64,000 bases of DNA, taken from the NCBI GenBank assembly GCA_015065135.1, contig SVQY01000008.1:1264-65263 (forward strand). Direction: 5' to 3'. Positions 1-7,390 of this stretch are shown in pieces (position 1 is the stretch's first letter; every line of letters starts with the position of its first letter). Source of the DNA: Oscillospiraceae bacterium. GTDB taxonomy: Bacteria > Bacillota > Clostridia > Oscillospirales > CAG-272. Made by a program: the position numbers and the translations under genes. Under the pieces are notes generated by a model, which saw only the letters and a list, made by a program, of their open reading frames with translations, did not search any database and was not told the DNA's origin.

Positions 1-180
1 GAGATCCAGGGCAACAAGGTGAACATCGAGTGGGGCTCTCAGATCCGCTCCTACGTGTTTATGCCCTATACGCTGGCAAAGGATACCCGCACCGGCTTTG
101 AAAACGGCAATATCGGCGCCGTGATGGACGGCGATATCGACGGCTTCATCAATGCCTATCTGAAGATGAATGCCCAGTGA
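1..180 (+). CDS. prfB: peptide chain release factor 2, C-terminal fragment (gene starts upstream of window)
   Basis: Frame 1 reads [59 protein letters not shown], matching the conserved RF2 C-terminus ([13 protein letters not shown]); TGA at 178-180. Confidence 0.85.
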   Translation, partial: EIQGNKVNIEWGSQIRSYVFMPYTLAKDTRTGFENGNIGAVMDGDIDGFINAYLKMNAQ

Positions 181-199
181 TCCGAAAGGAGAGAATACT

Positions 200-577
200 A
201 TGAAACTGACCCGCAGACAAAAGGAGACCATCGGCCTTTCCATGGTCTTTTCCGCGATCACCCTGATGATCAGCTTTATCGTGATGGCAGTTCGCCGCCG
301 CAGCATCCTTGCGGCGCTGGCGGCCGTGGCCGCCGCTGAGGGCGTTGCCGGCTATCTGCTGCTGACCGATCCCAAGCCTGCCAAGTCCCGCAAGCGCAGC
401 AAGAGCGGCAAGGGCGCGGACAAGGAAGAGGAGGAGCTGTTTGACGAAGAGGAGTGCCGTGAGGCCGATGCGCATATGCGCCGCGTGCTGGGCGGCAAGC
501 ACGGTGGGGAGGTAGCGCCCCGCGTGCTGCGCGAGATCCCGCGCGATGAGGATGCAACCGAGGCGGATTTTCAGTAA
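200..577 (+). CDS. small membrane protein, one TM segment plus charged Lys/Glu-rich tail, unknown function
   Basis: ATG at 200 preceded by AAGGAGAG RBS; MKLTRRQKETIGLSMVFSAITLMISFIVMAV hydrophobic segment; the ORF-track start at 170 overlaps the prfB stop and lacks an RBS. Confidence 0.55.
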   Translation: MKLTRRQKETIGLSMVFSAITLMISFIVMAVRRRSILAALAAVAAAEGVAGYLLLTDPKPAKSRKRSKSGKGADKEEEELFDEEECREADAHMRRVLGGKHGGEVAPRVLREIPRDEDATEADFQ

Positions 578-614
578 TTGATCCGCTCCGACCCGTCGAA
601 AGGAGAACGTCACC

Positions 615-2000
615 TTGAAAGCCTTTATTCGTGTGGTGGCGGGAGTGCTGCTATCCGTCCTTTTGCTGACCTTCAGTTTGTGGCGCTATGATGCCATTCC
701 GGATTTTTCCGGCTTTGTGGCGTTTCTGGAGGATACCGGCGACAGGATGCAGATGTTGGGCGAGTATCAGCCGCAAAATCTGCTGACCGGCGCGCGCCCT
801 GCCGACCAAAACGGCGAATTTCCGGAATATGAGGTCTCCGAGCCGCTGGATGCCGATCTGGAAACGCTGATCTGCACCGCTTTGCAAAATTGCGAGGAAT
901 CGGTCAGCGTTGCCTCCTTTGAAAAGACCCCGGAGGAGATCAAGCAGGCGATGACCACGGTGCGCTTCAACCACCCGGAGCTGTTTTACGTGGATAAGTC
1001 CTATACCTATTCCCACGAGCTTGGCCGTGTGACCAAGCTGAACTTTCAATATACCGCCTCCAAGGCCGAGGTCGCGGCGATGACGGCGGAGTATAACAGT
1101 ATGCTGCAGACCATTGTGGCAGGTGCGCCGCAGCAGGGCACCGATTTTGATAAGGCGCTCTACATTCACGATTATTTTGTGAAAAACTTTTGCTACGATT
1201 ACACCTATACCATCCGCGATGCCTATACCTTTTTTAAGGAAAAGACCGGCGTTTGCCAGGCCTATATGCTGGCGATGATCGCCGTTGCCGAGGAGCTGGG
1301 GATAGAATCGATCCCGGTGACCAGCAACCGCATGAATCACGCGTGGAATATGGTGGAGCTGGAGGGCGCTTGGTATCACGTGGATATCACCTGGGACGAT
1401 ACCGTTTCTTATCCCACCTATACCTCCTATCGCTATTTCCTGCAAAGCGATGCGGGCATCATTGCCATCGATGCGGAGCAGATCGACGAGAATATGGCGG
1501 TGCCGGATTGGCATTGCGATTGGTCTGCCACCGAGGCGGCCACCGATATCCGCTATGACACGGCGGTGTGGCGCGGCGCGCTGACCCCGATGGTCAAGGG
1601 TGGCGGCGCTTATCATTGCGCGGTCACCAAGTCCGCCGGCCTTAGCGGCGTGGTGGGTGCGGTCTATAGTGGCAGCGATCCTGCCGAAATGACCGAGCGC
1701 TTTACCGTGAACGCCACCTGGCGCTTGCCCGGCGGCACGCAATATTACGTGGATTGCTACACCGCCCTTGCGGTGTGGAAAAACAAGCTGATCTACAGCA
1801 CCCCCAATAGCCTGCGCTCCCACGATCTCACCACCGGTGAGGATCGGCTGCTGGCGCTGCTGGTGGAGGTCGCTCCCGGCTCGATCTACGGCTTCACCGA
1901 CCTTTCCGAGGCGGGTGTGCTCTCCTATCTGGTGGCACCGACCGCCGAGCCGGAGGGGGAGGATAGCACCGTGGAGATCAGGACCTATCAGCTACCGTAA
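615..2000 (+). CDS. transglutaminase-like (papain-fold Cys-His-Asp) domain protein with N-terminal TM anchor
   Basis: TTG start after AAAGGAGAA RBS; GVCQAYMLAMIAVAEELGIE...NHAWNMVELEGAWYHVDITWDD is the transglutaminase-core Cys/His/Asp pattern; N-terminal hydrophobic helix. Confidence 0.7.
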   Translation: MKAFIRVVAGVLLSVLLLTFSLWRYDAIPDFSGFVAFLEDTGDRMQMLGEYQPQNLLTGARPADQNGEFPEYEVSEPLDADLETLICTALQNCEESVSVASFEKTPEEIKQAMTTVRFNHPELFYVDKSYTYSHELGRVTKLNFQYTASKAEVAAMTAEYNSMLQTIVAGAPQQGTDFDKALYIHDYFVKNFCYDYTYTIRDAYTFFKEKTGVCQAYMLAMIAVAEELGIESIPVTSNRMNHAWNMVELEGAWYHVDITWDDTVSYPTYTSYRYFLQSDAGIIAIDAEQIDENMAVPDWHCDWSATEAATDIRYDTAVWRGALTPMVKGGGAYHCAVTKSAGLSGVVGAVYSGSDPAEMTERFTVNATWRLPGGTQYYVDCYTALAVWKNKLIYSTPNSLRSHDLTTGEDRLLALLVEVAPGSIYGFTDLSEAGVLSYLVAPTAEPEGEDSTVEIRTYQLP

Positions 2001-2008
2001 AAAACACC

Positions 2009-2070
2009 CTGCCCGACGATAGCGTGTTATCCTTAACGGAGAACGCACTATTGTCGGGCAGTCGTTTTTT
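2009..2070 (+). terminator. rho-independent terminator after transglutaminase-like gene
   Basis: Long stem CTGCCCGACGATAGCGTG / CGCACTATTGTCGGGCAG followed by TCGTTTTTT. Confidence 0.75.
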
Positions 2071-2101
2071 AACAATATAACAACCAATTGTTAATAAAGT
2101 G

Positions 2102-2130
2102 TTGACAAACTATTTCTTTTTTGCTATAAT
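2102..2130 (+). promoter_or_regulatory. sigma-A type promoter for the lipoprotein pair
   Basis: TTGACA (2102-2107), 17-nt spacer, TATAAT (2125-2130). Confidence 0.6.
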
Positions 2131-2211
2131 GGTGATAGAAGGTAAAAAGGGAAAGGGGTGAGTCCGATGGCAAGTGCGGAAACCGAAACGTTTTTTGGGA
2201 AGGAGCAGCTT

Positions 2212-2356
2212 ATGAAACGCATGTTATGTGTACTATTGATTCTGTGCGCGCTGCCGTTTTGTCTCTTTTCCTGCAAAAGGGAGGATCCCTTTGACTTCCC
2301 CGAAACGGTAGAAACGCTTTATCCCATCGTGGAGGGCAGGCGTGTGCCCTTCAAAT
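2212..2356 (+). repeat. copy 1 of ~145-bp conserved 5' module shared by the two lipoprotein genes
   Basis: About 90% nt identity to 2834-2978, including a 41-nt perfect run CTGCCGTTTTGTCTCTTTTCCTGCAAAAGGGAGGATCCCT. Confidence 0.8.
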
Positions 2357-2814
2357 ACTTGTTCACCGCAAAGCCGAAAAACGTTGGCGAGTGCTTTATT
2401 TTGCGCAGCGCGGATGACGTGCGGCAGGGCTTCAAGCAGGAGTTTTTGTATACCATAGGAATGCGGGAAGAAATAGAGGAGCTCTTGCTTGGCATCGATT
2501 ACGACAAGTATCAGGTGCTGGGGCTTTCGGTATCGACGAAGAGCATGCCCGATCTTGTGGAGCTGATTGATCAGGAGGGAACGATCAGCGCGGTTTATGA
2601 GCATCAAGACCCGGTGTGGGAGGAAGAAAAGCTTCCCGCTACTGATTATAACGACTCATTTGATTTTAGAACCTATACGGTCGTTATTTTGGTGCGCAAG
2701 AGCGATTTTGATCTTTCGCATATCAACAGAACGTTTTCGGCAAATGCGGATCAGTATCTTTGCTATCCCAATGAGCCGGAGCGCGTAGAAAGAATGTATA
2801 TTTGGTTAAGTTGA
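2212..2814 (+). CDS. lipoprotein, unknown function (paralog A)
   Basis: ATG at 2212 after GGGAAGGAG; MKRMLCVLLILCALPFCLFSCKRED has signal peptide plus lipobox LFSC; paralog of next gene. Confidence 0.7.
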   Translation: MKRMLCVLLILCALPFCLFSCKREDPFDFPETVETLYPIVEGRRVPFKYLFTAKPKNVGECFILRSADDVRQGFKQEFLYTIGMREEIEELLLGIDYDKYQVLGLSVSTKSMPDLVELIDQEGTISAVYEHQDPVWEEEKLPATDYNDSFDFRTYTVVILVRKSDFDLSHINRTFSANADQYLCYPNEPERVERMYIWLS

Positions 2815-2833
2815 AATTGATGGGGGGCGGTTT

Positions 2834-2978
2834 ATGAAACGCATTTTATGTATAGTATTGGTTCTATGCGCACTGCCGTTTTGTCTCTTTTCCTGCAAAA
2901 GGGAGGATCCCTTCGACTTTCCCGAAACGGCAGAAACGGTCTATCCCATTGTGGAGGGCAGGCGTATTCCGTTTAAGG
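2834..2978 (+). repeat. copy 2 of ~145-bp conserved 5' module
   Basis: See 2212-2356. Confidence 0.8.
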
Positions 2979-3433
2979 TTTTATTCGTCAGCTCAGCCAG
3001 CGGCGCTTGCGATCATTTTGTGATCCGCAGTCTTTTTGAGGCAAAGAATGCATTGGGATGGGGCGTGATCTCCAGCTGGTGGGGGGAGGATATTCAAATC
3101 AGAGAAGCGCAGCAACAAATGCTGTTGGACGTGGATTACGATATGTATCAGGTGATTGCTGTTTCTGTCGTTGTGAATCCCTGCGGCGAGCCGCGCGGCA
3201 TTCGTCAGGTGGCCGAGCTGATAGAACGGGAGGGGGAGCTGGTTGCCGTATTTGATCGGAGCTATGCGCCCGAATCAGAGGACGTAATTAATAAAATGGA
3301 AGATTATGCCACCGTGATGCTGGTGCGCAAAAGCGATTACGATCTTGAAAATTGTACCGCGCCCTTCGGGCTGCGCGTGACCGGTTATATGTGCGATAAA
3401 AACGATCCTACCTATATTCAACCGTCCGTATAA
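2834..3433 (+). CDS. lipoprotein, unknown function (paralog B)
   Basis: MKRILCIVLVLCALPFCLFSCKRED; the signal peptide, lipobox and next ~25 residues are almost identical to paralog A. Confidence 0.7.
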   Translation: MKRILCIVLVLCALPFCLFSCKREDPFDFPETAETVYPIVEGRRIPFKVLFVSSASGACDHFVIRSLFEAKNALGWGVISSWWGEDIQIREAQQQMLLDVDYDMYQVIAVSVVVNPCGEPRGIRQVAELIEREGELVAVFDRSYAPESEDVINKMEDYATVMLVRKSDYDLENCTAPFGLRVTGYMCDKNDPTYIQPSV

Positions 3434-3440
3434 GCAAAAA

Positions 3441-3470
3441 GCAGACACAAATCGTGTCTGCCTTTTGTTT
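3441..3470 (+). terminator. rho-independent terminator after lipoprotein B
   Basis: GCAGACAC-AAATC-GTGTCTGC followed by CTTTTGTTT. Confidence 0.75.
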
Positions 3471-3667
3471 GGTGATATATTCGATGCGCCATGCGATATC
3501 ATCTCGCGGCTTGCTTTGCAAGCGGTGCTCGGTGCGATATGATATAAATCCCTCACGCTTTTGACATATCTCGCCTATGGCGAGGAATGCAAAAGCATAT
3601 CGCTTGCCGAAGGCAAATATCGCTCCCGAAGGGAATATCGCAAATCCCGCAAGGGATTTATATCGTC
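3471..3667. repeat. array of short hairpins separated by ATATCG(C) cores in a convergent intergenic region
   Basis: ATATCGC at 3597, 3617 and 3635; ATATCGT at 3660; ATATCTC at 3566; more GATAT/ATATC cores at 3474-3550. Interleaved stems: CTCGCC-TAT-GGCGAG, TTGCC-GAA-GGCAA, TCCC-GAA-GGGA, AAATCCC-GCA-AGGGATTT. Confidence 0.6.
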
Positions 3668-3679
3668 GCAAGCCGTCCT

Positions 3680-4378
3680 TTAAGGACGGCTTGCATCCTC
3701 CCCCGGCTCGCCGCCGTACAGGATGCGGTAGCTGCCCTCGGTCAGGATTTTCAGCAGCGTGGCGTTGTCGGTGACGGGCAGATCGGTCAGAATGCCGGAG
3801 ACCGCATCCGCAAAGCCGCGGTGGTTATCCGAGCCGCCGATGCCCTGCAGCGAGTAGCGCTCAGCCCATAGGGCTGCCACGTCGTTGCGGGAGCATTCCC
3901 GGCGCTGCGCGTTGTAAATTTCGATACCGTGTAGCAATTTTGGCTCCACCACCACCATACGGTTGCGGAAGGGATGTGCCTGATAGATACGCATGCCCGC
4001 CTCCCGCACACGCGCCGAGAGGGTGGCTACGTCGGTCTGCAGCAGGTCGGGGTAGGCGCGCAAGAACTCCTCGGTCATACCGAACACCAAAAAGTCGGTG
4101 GCAGAGTAGCAGTCGGGGCAGATCTCAGTGCCCAGCAGCACCGTCATACGGTCGCCTGCCGCCGCCTTCATGCGGTGATAGGCCGAAAGGTAGTGGTCGA
4201 TCTTTTCGTCCCAGGTGGCATCTTTCAGATGCCGCAGCCCCGCGGCATTCAGATGGTTGGTCAGCACCACCGTGTCATAGCCTGCCTCGATGTAGGCGGC
4301 AGCCTGCGCCTCGGGTTCGATATGGGCGCAGATGCTGACCGGCAGATTGTGGCAGTGCAGCTCGATCTTGTAGGCCAT
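3680..4378 (-). CDS. PHP (polymerase/histidinol-phosphatase) family metal-dependent phosphoesterase, paralog 2
   Basis: MAYKIELHCHNLP...TNH...QAHPFRN...GSDNH matches PHP His/Asp metal motifs; ATG at 4378 lies 1 nt after the stop of the upstream paralog. Confidence 0.65.
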   Translation of the reverse strand: MAYKIELHCHNLPVSICAHIEPEAQAAAYIEAGYDTVVLTNHLNAAGLRHLKDATWDEKIDHYLSAYHRMKAAAGDRMTVLLGTEICPDCYSATDFLVFGMTEEFLRAYPDLLQTDVATLSARVREAGMRIYQAHPFRNRMVVVEPKLLHGIEIYNAQRRECSRNDVAALWAERYSLQGIGGSDNHRGFADAVSGILTDLPVTDNATLLKILTEGSYRILYGGEPGEDASRP

Positions 4379-4379
4379 C

Positions 4380-5093
4380 TTATTTATCCAGACTGTCGGC
4401 AAAAAGGCTGTCGTTGCGCAGCAGCTTGTAGTTGCCGCTCCTCAGAGTCGCGACCAGCTCCTCGTTGCAGGTGATGGGGGTGTCGGTCTCAATGCCGCCG
4501 GAAATGAACATTTTTTCGCTGTGCAGATCCGAGCCGGAGGTCTTGATCATGCCGTAATGCTCCGCCCAGAGCATGGCGATCTCATTGCGGAAGGGGGCGT
4601 GGGTATGGGTGCCGTTGTAGACCTCCAGACCGTCCAGCAGCTCGGGTAGGGTGATCACCATATGATTGCGGAAGGGGTGCGCCTGCACAAGCAGTCCGCC
4701 GGCACTGCGCACCGCCTCGGAGAGGGTGTTCACGTGATAGCGCAGAAGGTCCACGTGAGTGCGCAGAAACTCCTCCGAGAGACCGTACACCAGATAGTCG
4801 GTGGCGTGGTGACGGTCAAGGCGGATCTCAAAGCCCTGCATAATGTGCAAGCGCCCCTTTGCCGCCCTTTGCAGGTCGCGGTAGGATCGCATATAAAAAT
4901 CCACCTTGGCATCCCAGTCATCGGGATCGCCGCTGTAATTGCCGTATTGGAAGGTGTCGCGGCTGATGTGATCGGTGATCACCAGAGAGGTATAGCCGGC
5001 CTCCAGATAGCGCTCTACCAGGCGCTCGGGGGAAATGCGCCCACAGGCGCTGACGATGTCGCAATGACAGTGCAGTTCGGTCTTAAAGCTCAT
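4380..5093 (-). CDS. PHP family metal-dependent phosphoesterase, paralog 1
   Basis: MSFKTELHCHCDIVS...ITDH...QAHPFRNHM...GSDLH; same architecture as the downstream paralog. Confidence 0.65.
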   Translation of the reverse strand: MSFKTELHCHCDIVSACGRISPERLVERYLEAGYTSLVITDHISRDTFQYGNYSGDPDDWDAKVDFYMRSYRDLQRAAKGRLHIMQGFEIRLDRHHATDYLVYGLSEEFLRTHVDLLRYHVNTLSEAVRSAGGLLVQAHPFRNHMVITLPELLDGLEVYNGTHTHAPFRNEIAMLWAEHYGMIKTSGSDLHSEKMFISGGIETDTPITCNEELVATLRSGNYKLLRNDSLFADSLDK

Positions 5094-5163
5094 AGGTTCG
5101 CCTCGTTTTTCTTTGATAGTACTATCTTAATACATTTTGCTCCGTTTTGCAAGTGCTTCCGAG

Positions 5164-6009
5164 TCATTTTTCGGTTTTTCTCTCTCGCTTCGGGCTTTCG
5201 CCGAATACGCGCTTGTACTGGCGGTAAAAGGCGGAATAATCCCCAAATCCGCAGCTGGCGGCGGCGATGGCGGCGCTTTTGCCGTCCAGCAGCATTCGTC
5301 TGGCGGCGTGCAGGCGCTTCAGCACCACATATTCCCACACGGTAGAGCCGGTGGAGCTGGAAAAGAGACGGTTCAGCGTGGATTTGCTGAAAAAGAAGCG
5401 CTGCTCCAGCTCGGCAAGCCCCTCGATCTCGGTGAGATGGCGGTTGATGTAGTCGATGATCTCGGGCAGCAGGGTCGCGCTTTCCCCCTTCAGCGCGCTT
5501 TGGGGCAGAGGCGCGTTTTCTCTCATGCTGCAAAGCTCGGTGAGCAGAGCAGGGAGGTTGGCGGTCAGCGAAAGGGCGAAATCTGCCTCGCTTGCGTGGG
5601 GGCGGCAGATGCGGGCAAAGCAGGCGGCAAGGAACTCGGCACTCTCACCCGTTTTGGGGGTGAACAGATTGCCGCAGCCGGGCGAGCGATCCAGAAAAAG
5701 TGAGCGTAACCCCCCGAACGGGGTGTTTTTTTGCAAAATTTCATCCAAAGGGAAGTGGATCGCCATTCGCTCGTAGGGCACGCGGTCGCTGATGTGCAGC
5801 TTGTGGATCTCGCCGTCTCGCGTCAGCAATATGCTACCCGGCGAGAGGGGATAATCTCGCCCCTCGATGGTGTAATAGCCGTCGCCCTGAATGAAATAAA
5901 ATACCTCACAAAAGGGGTGCGCGTGGAGCGGAAAATCCGCTTCATTGGGGTGCGCATCAATAGAATGATGCACCATACAGTCGTTGTATTCCTGCTTGAA
6001 TATTTGCAT
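5164..6009 (-). CDS. AraC family transcriptional regulator (cupin sensor + HTH)
   Basis: ATG at 6009 after GGAAAGGAGGG; N-terminal cupin (HAHPFCEVFYFIQGDGYY), C-terminal AraC HTH (FGDYSAFYRQYKRVFGESP). Confidence 0.8.
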   Translation of the reverse strand: MQIFKQEYNDCMVHHSIDAHPNEADFPLHAHPFCEVFYFIQGDGYYTIEGRDYPLSPGSILLTRDGEIHKLHISDRVPYERMAIHFPLDEILQKNTPFGGLRSLFLDRSPGCGNLFTPKTGESAEFLAACFARICRPHASEADFALSLTANLPALLTELCSMRENAPLPQSALKGESATLLPEIIDYINRHLTEIEGLAELEQRFFFSKSTLNRLFSSSTGSTVWEYVVLKRLHAARRMLLDGKSAAIAAASCGFGDYSAFYRQYKRVFGESPKRERKTEK

Positions 6010-6059
6010 AAAAGCGCCCTCCTTTCCAAGGTTCTTCTTTATTATAACACCTATTGAAG

Positions 6060-6090
6060 ATATTTGCAATATAAATAGATATATTTGCAA
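6060..6090. promoter_or_regulatory. candidate operator: direct repeat ATATTTGCAA x2 with 21-bp phasing in the divergent araC/uxuA region
   Basis: ATATTTGCAA at 6060-6069 and 6081-6090; TATAAT at 6113-6118 without a good -35, as expected for an activator-dependent promoter. Confidence 0.4.
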
Positions 6091-6152
6091 AAATATTGCC
6101 GCTTGGATGCGGTATAATGAAGCTGACAAATAATGAAAGGTAGGAATTTGCC

Positions 6153-7187
6153 ATGAAAATGACATTCCGTTACTACGGCAAAAGCGATCCCGTGACCCTG
6201 ACGGCCATCTCGCAGATCCCCACGGTCCGCTCTATCGTTTCCGCCGTCTATGACGTGCCCGCAGGCGGTGTCTGGAGCCGCGAGAGCATCGCCGCCCTGA
6301 AGGCGGATGCCGAGGCGCACGGGCTTTCCTTTGAGGTGGTGGAGAGCGTACCCGTTCCCGAGGATATCAAGCTGGGCAACGAGAAGGCTGCCGCCCTCAT
6401 CGAGAACTATTGCGAGAACGTGCGCCGTCTCGGCGAGGCAGGCGTGAAGTGCATCTGCTATAACTTTATGCCCGTGTTTGACTGGCTGCGCAGCGAGCTG
6501 CACCGCCCTGCGGCAGACGGCTCCAACTCGCTGGCCTATGACGAGCGGACGGTGCTTGCCATGAACCCTGCCAAGGGCGGACTTTCGCTGCCCGGCTGGG
6601 ATGAAAGCTATACCGTTGAGGGACTGCGCGACCTGCTCTCGCAGTATGCGGATATGACCGAGGAGAAGCTGTGGAAGAACCTGCAGACCTTCCTGGAGGC
6701 GGTCATTCCCGTTGCCCACGAGGCGGGCGTGAATATGGCCATCCACCCCGATGACCCGCCGTGGGGCATTTTCGGGCTGCCCCGTATCATCACCTGCGAG
6801 AAGAACCTGGACAGATTTTTGAAGCTGGTGGATATGAAGGAGAACGGCCTGACCTTCTGCACCGGCTCTCTTGGTGCGGATCCCGCCAACGATCTGGTGG
6901 GAATGGCAGGGAAGTATGCGGATCGCATCCACTTTGCCCACATCCGCAACATCAAGCACACCGGCGAGCGCCAGTTCCACGAGACGGCGCACCCCACCGA
7001 GTACGGCTCGCTGGATATCTACGGCATCATGAAGGCGCTGCACGATCACGGCTTTGACGGCTACATCCGCCCCGACCACGGCCGTATGATCTGGGGCGAG
7101 GACGGCAAGCCCGGCTACGGCCTGTACGACCGCGCCCTTGGCGCCACCTACCTCTCGGGCCTCTGGGAGGCTATTGATAAGGCATAA
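6153..7187 (+). CDS. uxuA: mannonate dehydratase
   Basis: MKMTFRYYGKSDPVTLTAISQIP...CYNFMPVFDW...HPDDPPW...HFAHIRN; full-length UxuA-like sequence of typical ~345 aa. Confidence 0.85.
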   Translation: MKMTFRYYGKSDPVTLTAISQIPTVRSIVSAVYDVPAGGVWSRESIAALKADAEAHGLSFEVVESVPVPEDIKLGNEKAAALIENYCENVRRLGEAGVKCICYNFMPVFDWLRSELHRPAADGSNSLAYDERTVLAMNPAKGGLSLPGWDESYTVEGLRDLLSQYADMTEEKLWKNLQTFLEAVIPVAHEAGVNMAIHPDDPPWGIFGLPRIITCEKNLDRFLKLVDMKENGLTFCTGSLGADPANDLVGMAGKYADRIHFAHIRNIKHTGERQFHETAHPTEYGSLDIYGIMKALHDHGFDGYIRPDHGRMIWGEDGKPGYGLYDRALGATYLSGLWEAIDKA

Positions 7188-7390
7188 GTGCCCGAACGGT
7201 GCGTAAAAATCGCACATTCCCCCCATATAAAAGTTTTGATCCAACTTTTTCAAAAGTTGGCGGGTGTGGGCAGAGCCCACAAAAACGGCATTTCTTTTTG
7301 TTAGCTTTTTCTTTGTGCCTTGCACAGTCAAAGAAAAAGCGGCTATGGAATCCGCAGTTACAGTGCGGCTACACAAGAAAGGAACTACTT

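Noticed and set aside
3668-3694. Hairpin GCAAGCCGTCC-TTTAA-GGACGGCTTGC as the terminator of the PHP gene
   Set aside because: It overlaps the last codons and the stop of the gene and has no T-tract on either strand. I therefore do not call it a canonical intrinsic terminator and mention it only as part of the hairpin array.
6051-7376. 441-aa minus-strand ORF
   Set aside because: It is antisense to uxuA and runs through the divergent promoter region. It has no motifs.
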